Shown here in pieces: positions 23,382 to 33,038 of a stretch of DNA of 33,038 nt (position 1 is its first letter; every line of letters begins with the position of its first letter). The notes beneath the pieces were generated by a model. The model was not told where the DNA came from and did no database searches. It saw only the letters and a program-made list of their open reading frames with translations. Origin of the DNA: Dimargaris cristalligena. Its lineage: Eukaryota. The position numbers and the translations under genes were made by a program. The DNA is taken from NCBI GenBank assembly GCA_003614675.1, contig ML002414.1, positions 1 to 33,038 on the forward strand, given 5' to 3'.

Positions 23382-26300
23382 ACATTTTGACGAGGAAATC
23401 TATTTTATGACAGGGCGGGTGTTGTTGGGAAGTTCTGTTCTTCTTTGTTCCAGGAGCGGTGGTGGTACGTATTAGCACCGCTCATGCTCTCCAATATAGC
23501 CCCTCTCTCCCTCCTTCCTTTCAAGCAACTTTAATTGTACTTTCTTATTCCCCCCCCCCCGACTTTTACCAATACTATATATGGTCGAGTGTGGGGAAGT
23601 TAGGGTCGATCCTTTTTTTAATTATTTTTAGCCGCGCGTACATGCCAAGTAGAAATCCGGTAACCATTCCCGATACAGCCACCAGGCAGCGTGGGTGAGT
23701 GAGTGTGCTTGGGGGGGGGGGTGATTAGGCTAAATGTAGATGCCGATCTTTATTTAGACCATGGTAGCTGCCCACCCAGCAAGGTCAGAGGGTTCCGGGC
23801 TTCGAGTGTTGGGGCTTGGGTTCCAATGGACCAATGTTGACTTACCCGAATGGTTTACAATACGTTCCTGGTGGGGCACTTTAATTTTAACGAAACGGTC
23901 ACGCAGTTTACCTTTACGGCGGATAGTAATCTTAGTGATACCATGCCGAATTGGGTGGTTTTCATTTCTCATTCAAGTTGCTTTACATAACTCGCTCCGG
24001 GGTTTTATTCCCTAGGAGCAGTCTCCTTCCCGCCGTCACTTGGTTGAGGTGGGGCGCATACCCACCCCTGCTCTTCTTTATTTCATAGGCTGTATTTATG
24101 CAAAGTGTAGCACACCGTGTAGCATTTAATACGCTCAGGGAAAATGGGTATAAGCAAATCCTCTTGCTAAAACAAGCGCCTGTCAATTAAGAGATTGCCT
24201 TGGGTCCGACGAAACATTCTATTCTTCCTTTTTAGTAGCCAAGGTTCATAGACTTACACACCCTTATTATACATTCTCGCTGGTCCCCGGACGCCAGCTG
24301 ACCCGGCACCAGAGTCATGGAGAATTAGACCACCTGGTCATTGGATCTATTCATTTATTCGGTCTCAGTTATACCCAGGTTACCCGATATGGCCCGCTAA
24401 TCGCACTGATTTTATTAATACGCAGATGGTCCCCCCTCCCCATCTCCATGTCAACCTTTCCCAGACTGGAGCCCCCGGTGGAAGTATCTGACTTGACCAT
24501 TATGTCAGGACTGTCCAAAAAATAATTTTGGACATCATAGAACCAGCTAATCAAGATGTTCGGTTTGGGATACTTTTGGTTCATCCCTTTCGCCGGGTCT
24601 CCCAAACCACTGCAAAACTAGGCCGAGCCGGGATGGACCTTGGATAGATTTAGCCATGGTCTTAAACATGGAGTAACCCCGATTAGATGCCCTACCGTTC
24701 TTTGGTTATGTAATGCCACATCGGAGTATGCCTGGCTGAATATACGGGGGTCATTGCCAGTGTTCGCTGCAAGGTGTTTTACACTGACGTATCATGCTTG
24801 CGTATTTCTCACCATTTACCGGCAACACTATCCATATCCATATATATATATATACCTATTTTTTAAGGGTTTACCAATCTCATTCACCCTTTTATCCACT
24901 CTAAATAGTGCGACCGTCTATTGTTCACCGTTGATAAATATTACCCTCTCCCGCTTCAGGTGTATGCCCCTTACCGAAAGGGCAGACATAACAACACAAG
25001 GGAAAGTCGGTCCATCCTTTCAATTTTTAAGGAGGGATTGCTACGCCAATTTGTTTGAAATAATAGGGGCGGTGGGGTGGGGAAGAACTTGGAGGAGGAG
25101 AGCTATTGAAAAGGGAAAATTCAGTCGCGACGGTCTGGCTTTCTAAATTTAGACGCCTGTTTCCACATGCCGGTTGGGCCGGGGGATGAGCCGAGGAAGG
25201 GGTAGACTGCACCGTTGCTCAATTACAACGAGGCCACACACACCCTCGATATAGGACCGGCTATGTCATTAATGCTACGTCTGCCTGTCATTCTCGCCCA
25301 ACCTCTCTTCACCATTATTGCATCTTCCTCCCAGTATTAGTGGCATAGATATGGTCAGCTAGTAGATAATTAAAAAAACGCCCAGGACAGGAATGGATGC
25401 GTGCGATACATGAATGACAGGGACGCAGGCGTTCAGGGAGGCGAAGGAATGGGGAAGACGTGGTTCTCCAAAATACGGTACAGATGGTTGGGACACGCTA
25501 GTTTGACAGCCGGTGTAACGGTATCCAGGCTAGTATTGGTTTAATAGAACGTACGTGAACAATCTTTCCTTTCCTATATTTACATACGCCCGCCTTTGCT
25601 TTGCCTATCCTGAAGCGCGCCCGCGGCAGAGGAGGGGGGAAAGGGGTTTCCTTGTTCGGGGGCCTGTAGGTCACCACCAGCTTCTTAAGACCCACTCCCC
25701 CTTCCTCAAATTCAATTCATCCAAAAACCCGCCGACTGGCTGGCTGATTGAACAATAAATTTTTTGAATCACATCCTTTCTTGTGTCGCCTGTTCCGCTT
25801 TCTTCCAGGACCTCAAACAGTGCGGCCGTGTCCCTCCTCTTCCCTCCCATTTGTTTCGATTCGGACGATCGGCCTATTATTATTCTCAATTTTAACTTAT
25901 TAAAATATACGGGCACAGGCTTGTTGTTATAAAATTTCCATCAATTACAAAAATTAACCCCCTCCCCCACTCCCCCGATTTCTTCTACTCATCGCCATCG
26001 TGCTTTCATTCAAACACCCTGTATTGATTGGTGGACTGGGCGAGAGAGCGGGAAATCACTGACACCGAGCAGTTGGCCACAGGTTACACAATCATCTTTC
26101 CTTCTGTATTCCACATCCGTATTATAATTAAAATGTTTGAATATGGCCCATGTTCGTCTTGCTTGTTGAGTTGAGGTTAGGTTGGGGAGGAAAGTTAATC
26201 GCCCCTCTAGAACACCAGGCCCGACTTGAAGGTTGCCGTATCCGTGTATCCGGAAACCGCACCACTGGTCACAATTTCGGAATCCCTCCGCAATTGACTC

Positions 26301-29119
26301 CAGGCACTTTGTTACCACCAACCTTCTACTTCACACGTCGGCGATGCTTTTACGGTTGCCCGTTTCCAATTCTTACCACGCATTGGGCGACCACTGAATA
26401 TACCCTTTTCTTTCCTAAATACACTCGTCGGGGTGAAATACTGTTATATTCGCGAAAAAACAATCCATGGATACACCGCCCACAGGCATTTCCCTAAATT
26501 TATCTATTCGGGATGTAGAGTTCGTGGGTGTCATGGCGTTGAGTTGGGGAGGTGATGATTATTTGCCCATCCTTTCAAGGATAGACCCCCTCCCCAAACT
26601 TCTGCCTATTATGACAATGACAATCCCCACCAGCCGTTCATTTTCCCACATCCGGAGTTGAGCAGGCTTTTGGGTAATCGGTTGGCGAATACAGCCAACA
26701 GACTTCCATGCGATTGAGTGACTGACCGGCCCCGGGTTTTGCCTTTGGCAATTTGGCCGTAGGATGCTAATTGTGGCGAACGTAGTCAGGGAGGTCGAGG
26801 TGGCCATTGAAGGGAGGGGAGGGCGTTCCGAATGGCTGCCCGCCCCGCCCCTAGTTCACTTTCCCTATTGAATATACCCTGGTGAAAACACACGACGGAC
26901 TACCTCTCCTCTCCGATTCGGTATATATGATTGAAGGGTCCACGTCGACCAATATCTGTATAGTTACCTGTCAAACCACGGCGAAGTGGGATTCCCCTCC
27001 CCCGCCTCAAATCATACAGGATCGTCTTTCGGTTGGAGGGATGTGTGGGGGTATGGGCCCTTGTGGCCCTCCGGGCTATGGGTAGAAATAAATCGCTATT
27101 GGAAGGGACCTTTCATGTAGAATCCCGAACTTTAATATACCGGACCAGGTGACCTACCTAATTGAGTCCACCCATTTCTTCCTCGTCGGCTTTTTAGGCC
27201 AGCGTGGATGCCCAGCGACCGGACATCGACCGTGCTCAGTAATTGGTAATCAAGGCATTGATGAAATGCTCCTTAGTAGGACTTTTGCTTCTTGTCCTCC
27301 CGGTAAGTGTAACTTGGCCAGTGTCACCTCCGCCCCCATGAGTGGATATGGAGAAGGGAGAGGGGGGGACTGGTAGCTTGCTACTCCACGATAAGGACGT
27401 GCCAAGCGGAGGTCTACCCACCGCCCCCGCGAGGGGAGGGGTGAGGGAACTGCCTATTGAATCGAAAGCAACCACGTATAAAAGAATAGGGCTGGAATAC
27501 CATTTTGTCCGACTATGACGGTGGTCAGAATTCAGCTCCCCAACCTTTACCCCACACTGAATCCCATTCAGTCGTTGGCTCCAAGGGAGCGTGCGGCCCT
27601 AAGCGTGCTCGGCCACACCGCCATTTATTCGGGCCATATGGAGAAGGCCATTTACCAATCTTGGTCTGGGTGTATGGATGGGAAGTGATTGTAAAAAAAT
27701 AAAAAGAAATAGGCGGGAAATCAACCGGGAGGAGTGGATGATATAAAAAGTAACCAATATTACATGTGGTTTTCATTGAATGTCCGAAAGTCCAATACCA
27801 CAATCTCCAACCAGTGGATTGTAGGTGATGGTGGGTAGGCAAAACTGGCATGCACTCGGCTAAAAGCAGTTGCTGCAACTCACCTTCCTCTTTATTCACC
27901 AGCCGCTTGTCTTGCGGCAGCCCCGCTAGTTATTTTAGGACCGTTCCCTCCGCAACGCCCTATAGTTAGTCATTGGTGTTATCTCCTGCGCAAACGAATA
28001 CGGACTGTATTCAATAGCCGTCCTACCCCGTGTGAGCCGTGAGTGACTCGCCTGGCCTTTCATTTATTTTTCCCCATTCATGCTACTGTAATCTACGGAT
28101 TAAAAGGGGGCAGGAACACAGACAGAGGCCTAAGGATACCGCAGTTGCTGCTGCCGTTATTGCTCATGGTCAAGGAGCTGGAATAGCTCCAAGTTCTGGA
28201 GCTGGCTCCTCTTTCACTCTCCTTTCAGCATTTCCGACCAGTCTTGGGAAGCTTAAACTGACCGCAGTGGGCTTGGCACAGCAATTTGGTCAATACCTGT
28301 CCCTATTCCAGAAGCCTCGCAGTTTATTCCTTTACAAGCGCGTCGGTTGTATTGTTCTAGGTATTTGTCTGCTTCACCCCACATGACCGCCATCGTCGAC
28401 GCTCCTCTCATGCCGCAGTGACCTTGATTTGGCGATAAGGGGTCCTTAGGCTGCCATGGCTACATGGACTACGCAAAAGGCAGGAATAAAGCCAGCGACT
28501 TAGAATTCCCGTGAGCGGGTGGTGCAGATTGGAAAAAACGGACATCTATTCTCCCCGGAATAAGAAGAGGCGGCTGCCGGAGTCGGAGGGTGGAGAGAGT
28601 CAAGTAGGACCTCCCCCTTCGTGCCTCGGTTGGAACAGGTGCCAGGGCAACGGACAAGGGCTACCCTTGAAATATCAGAAGGATTCACCTCTTCCTCTTA
28701 TTCTTATTCTCATCCTTCAACCATCATCGGCACCGGATTCCATCTATCAGCCCAGCGGGGCGCCCCAGTGCAGCAATCTGCCATGCTGTCATGACTGGCG
28801 GGCTACTCTCCGTACCATTCGAGCGGCCCTGCCCTGGGCCCCATTATTCTATTCAGGTATGTCTATACATATACCTACATTTATATATATTTATATATAT
28901 AACACTGTCATTTATTATCGAAAAGAAACGATCATTTGTAGGTCTCACTTGTACACCATCCCACCTGTCCTTTTTGGTCCAGCATTCCTTCTCCCACCCA
29001 TCCGCCCTTCCGCTGATTTGCATTCCCGCCTTCTTTATTTATCGCCGGTTTATTATAGAGCTGCTTTTTCCCAAGGAGGATTTTCGGCCACTTGGCTCCA
29101 GGCGAGGTTTCAGGTTGAC

Positions 29120-29143
29120 TGTGCGTGTATGTGTGTGTGTGTA
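29120..29143. repeat. Imperfect (TG)n microsatellite
   Basis: TGTGCGTGTATGTGTGTGTGTGTA read directly. Confidence 0.75.
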
Positions 29144-30263
29144 TGATGAGTGGGGGGGAGGGACGCTCCTTGGGGATTGGGATGGTCAATGTAGGGTTCG
29201 CTTTGGTCGGATAATTCCTACAGAGGGTCATGGGGACTATCCATTAAATATATATCTTTATATATAAATGCCTAAAAGGGCGGTATTGCAATATACCTAT
29301 GATCGAGTTTGCGTTACTATGGGGTCAATCGGCCCACTTTTCTCATTTGGTCAGCGACCATAGCTAATGTGACCCTAGTTGAGCCGGGACCGGCAAATGA
29401 GTGAATAAACTTGTATACTAGGCGGACATGGGGCGGGCTTGTGCAATCGAATATGGGCGTGTTCTTTACCGCTTCTAAAAAGTATTCGCTTATTCTTAAG
29501 ATTGGGGGCTATTATTCCCAACAATAGACTGTGCCATGCCGAATGTGCACCGATGGATGTCATTTTTGGTTTAGATAGCGAATAGTTCGTCAGAATGGAG
29601 GATAAATGATGCATTCCACGCGGCCTGCAGCATACTGTGATAGGTTCGGTTAAACCATTATCAGAGAGATCAAAAAAGCTGAGTATTCCAGCTTGTGTCA
29701 AAGGGGAATAATGATAAAAGAATAGTATCTCCCCTTCCACGCACGGTTAGTTATGGGCCATTAGATTATTGGTCAACAGCACCAATTGGTGCGGTGCTTG
29801 GGGGTGCCCATTTATAATACTCTCCTAACAAATCGTTCCAGATACGGGCTTTAGAAAGTGAAAACGAATCCGGTTGGTTGCTTGGAATGCTAAGAGATTA
29901 TTCAGCTTGTATGAGCCAACCATCACTGGGCTAAAATATAGGATGTTAAGAAAGGGGTTAAATCCCACCTATGAGCGCTCTTTGGCGTATAACAATGCAG
30001 CCAATACACATTTAAATGGCTGGGACGCGGAAGAAAGGGGTTCCAATAGGAGATTATCGTGTACTATTTATTTTGGTGATTACGCTAGCCACGCCATACG
30101 TAGATTGCCATCAAATCAGGCATATCAGTCGGTTCTAGCTGAAATATATTTCTAAAACAAGGTTGGATGCCTCGTCGATTGCCTTCTCAGCATGCTGTAT
30201 CGTAAGATGTAATACTTACTCTATAATTGGCCATTAATATTATTGCCTATTACTTATACATAT

Positions 30264-30399
30264 GGGTGAAATTCAGCCCAGCTATATAAGGGTTTGCAAT
30301 ATATGTGTATGGGAGAATGTATGGGAAATTTATTTTTAACTAGTAATATTGGCCGAATCTAATGGATTTTTCGTTATACAGCTTGGGTGAACTTCTCCC
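30264..30399. mobile_element. 136-bp MITE, copy 2 (inverted relative to copy 1)
   Basis: Left end GGGTGAAATTCAGCCCAGCTATATAA matches the reverse complement of the right end, GGGAGAAGTTCACCCAAGCTGTATAA, at 21/26. Flanked by a perfect 4-bp duplication ATAT (30260-30263, 30400-30403). Confidence 0.9.
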
Positions 30400-31020
30400 A
30401 TATTGTTGCTTCGCTAGCCCGTATTAGGCCGATATCGGGATTTCAGTGGCAGTGCTTGATATAAAATTTGGAACAAATCATATACTCCTTAATATCCTGT
30501 TTGTAATGTTCATGGTAGTATTACGGCATCGATAAGCATGCTGGCACTAAAAAATGGCACCGGTCAGCTTTTACTGCTGTGACATTGTATAATATATTGA
30601 CTGGGACTCACCAGTGGCCAAGCCTACTTAAACTGAGGCTATTTTAGGATATGTAATTAAATACATCCAAGTGATTATATTTCCATCCTGGCCACTTCCA
30701 GGCTCGATCTAATGAAGTTATTTCACCAAGGGGATTGCTGGCGTATTATAATTGTAACTGACTTATTTGTTCATTTGCAATAGGCCACACCAGCCCGAAA
30801 AAGACTGTGGGTCAAGTTCAGTCTAGCAATGCAACCTACTAAGCCCTTAGTGCAATAGATAAAAAGGCTAAGAATCTCAGTCCCTCTAATTCTGGCAGTT
30901 TAATTACAGACAATATCTTATACAGATAAACTAAATTGTATCTATTTAGTTTTAGAATTAAATTATAGATTACTTATTAGTTTATCTATAAGAACTTTGG
31001 TTACTATAAAGTCAACTATC

Positions 31021-31610
31021 TGTCTGTCAGCCCTCCTAATCCAACCTAAATCCAGACTTAACAATTATTCACCCTTATTAGGCCTTATAGTGCCATATTA
31101 ACCCTCCCATAGTCACCCCTGGTACTATGGGATCATTATTTATTATATAACCCCTCTCCTTCTAGCCCCAACACTTTGCACAAAACACTCAACCTGCTAA
31201 TCTAAAGACTCTTCTGGTTCCCATGGGAGTCTTCCAGATATGAAGCCCATCCAGTCAGTCTATTTATCTATACTATAGTTTAGTAGTATCTCCCCTTGGG
31301 ACCTCCCTCTGGAGCTGTCCCCATATATATATAGCTGGGCCCCATTGTGGACTGGTTCAATTCCTCAGCTTATTCATATCCCCCAGTTTACCTCAATAAA
31401 CTCTATATATGCTCATCCCTTTATACTAACTAGTAAGTGTACCCACTGCATGTCCCTTACATGAACCCATTACCTAGGCCTTTATTTGGTTAGTACTGCA
31501 CCCCTAACCTAACACTAGTAGCCCGCTTGTCCAAGTCTAAAGCCCCGCCTACTGTTAGAAGCCTATCCCCAAGACCCTTGATGGACTAAGAGTAGTTAAC
31601 TCAGGTGACA
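31021..31610. mobile_element. Degenerate solo-LTR-like repeat, copy 2 (~590 bp; starts at 31021 or 31025)
   Basis: TG...CA termini with a short inverted repeat (TGTCA at 31025, TGACA at 31606-31610); colinear with 66-650; only two CpGs. Flanks ACTAT (31015-31019) and ACTAC (31611-31615) are similar but offset, so no clean TSD. Confidence 0.8.
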
Positions 31611-32710
31611 ACTACTGAATAGTAGTGAAATCAAAATCTAACCAGCAATTCAGTTGGATACCACAGTTGAAGTAGCAGTATTTCTAAAAGTAAAGGGGCT
31701 AGCATTATTAGAAAAATTGCAAAGATACTGGAATACTCCCAAACTGGTGTAAACATGACCTACTTATTGTTAGAAAGGCAGCTCACGCCTCTATCAAATT
31801 ATATTCTTTGAGATTCTCCCACCATATAGAGAATTATATCCCAACTCTTACTACAGTCAATAGTCATACAATAAAACACATAGCGGAGTGTATTCCATAC
31901 AACTCTTGCAGCTTTCTTTACTTTCATTCACTTTGATACACTAAGGCTTTGCATCTTAGTATATTCATTCATTCTAACACTTATAAAATACTACTAATGA
32001 TTTGTTGAGTGACTATCATTTTATAAATACAAGCTCCTTGGCAATCTGATACAGTAATTCTCATAGGTATATAATTGTTTAAATATTATTAGTATTCAAG
32101 CATGTAAAGCTGAAATGACACCTTTTCAACATTAAATTTCGAAAATCCATTAATTGAACCTTAACCCTCATAAACATAATATGATCAAGAGTTCATTTGC
32201 TAATGAACAGCCTCATGGAATTATGCCAAAGATTGAATCTACTTGATAGGCAATAGTTTGCAATGCATTAAAGGCCAAGAAACAGTGTTATCAGTAGCAT
32301 ATCATATTAGGATGCATTTAATATAACATCATTGCCAATAAATATCAAATAGGAATTCAAATCTAATAAGCAAATTCATTAGACAGCTGTAGATATGAGA
32401 TATATTAATAAATATGCAATATAGAAAGTGCTAAGAAGCATTGCAGGTAGTCAACTAGAGTGCCACAAGAAGTGATGAATGAGTAGCATAATAAATGGTA
32501 ATATGTAATGGAATAGGACCCCCTGTATCTTCTATATATCAGGGCTAAACTCATAAACCAAAACCCCCAAAAATGGGTGAAAATGGCATTAGGTATACAC
32601 TCATTTTAAATGTTTCTAAGAACTATATAAAAATTATAGAAAAGTTATAGCACCAACTATTCCCAAGTGGTCACCCACCTCAGTACTAAATTGGCTGATA
32701 GAAACTTATC
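31611..32710. repeat. AT-rich, CpG-depleted block, probably a decayed transposon relic
   Basis: Three CpGs in ~1.1 kb, no ORF of 60 aa or more in the track, adjacent to the LTR-like repeat. Family not identifiable by eye. Confidence 0.45.
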
Positions 32711-33038
32711 TTCGCAGATCAAACGGGATACGGAGCTTAATTCTACATATGGCCACAACTAAAATTTGTTGTGGTGTGGCAGAATCACTAATATAATAAT
32801 AGGTGTGAATGCCTTATAATCGAACTTAAAGAGACAGTAAGGTTAAACCTTTAAAATAACTCAGACAACTGTAGGCAAAACTGCTAGTACAGTTCAGAAG
32901 AATGAAAAAAGAGATGTATTATTAAGAGTTGCGATTCTTGAAGGTATTTACACTGAGGAAGTGGTTGAAGTCCAACCTATGTGGTATTACTGCTTGAATT
33001 GATAAATAATGAGGAGTTTACAAATATATCTGGCTAAT

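Noticed and set aside
2034..25995. Three PAC-like motifs (CTCATCGC at 2034, 14529, 25988) and an RRPE-like GTGAAATTTTTCA (~13424)
   Set aside because: Scattered and far from the promoter, near chance frequency, and these motifs are defined mainly in budding yeasts.
28039..29267. ORFs of 115, 211 and 158 aa, and a protein-like antisense frame (VKEEPAPELGAIPAP)
   Set aside because: The two longer ORFs run through AT and GT microsatellites, none shows a domain, and the antisense frame has multiple stops.
23246..30399. A composite 7.1-kb transposon bounded by the two inverted MITEs
   Set aside because: Each copy has its own TSD on both sides (ACAT/ACAT, ATAT/ATAT), indicating independent insertions; no transposase lies between them.
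31328..31340. 13-nt match TATATAGCTGGGC shared between the LTR and the MITE
   Set aside because: Short, partly low-complexity, and does not extend; likely coincidence.
66..31610. A single giant 31.5-kb LTR retroelement that captured the SFP1-like gene
   Set aside because: No gag/pol, PBS or PPT seen; the outer flanks (TTCAG vs ACTAC) do not match; the interior retains CpG while the repeats are decayed.

Overview
Eukaryotic, most likely fungal, genomic DNA. I can support only one protein-coding gene: an apparently intronless 329-aa Sfp1-like C2H2 zinc-finger transcription factor (20170-21159, +). It is preceded by a TATA box and a long AUG-free pyrimidine-rich stretch, and followed by a probable ~1.3 kb 3' UTR. 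The gene lies in about 30 kb of CpG-retaining, apparently non-coding sequence (~846-30800). That region is bounded on both sides by strongly CpG-depleted repeat blocks. Each block holds one copy of the same ~590-bp LTR-like element (~66-650 and ~31021-31610, direct orientation), and the copies differ by reciprocal TG/CA changes at ancestral CpGs. Two inverted copies of a 136-bp MITE lie downstream of the gene (23246-23381, 30264-30399), with GGG...CCC ends, 26-bp imperfect TIRs and perfect 4-bp target-site duplications. The low gene density and repeat decay suggest a large, transposon-inflated genome, possibly an early-diverging fungus (inference only). I see no prokaryotic operons, CRISPR arrays, tRNAs or rRNAs, and no convincing evidence of a novel multi-gene system. 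The other ORFs in the track look spurious.
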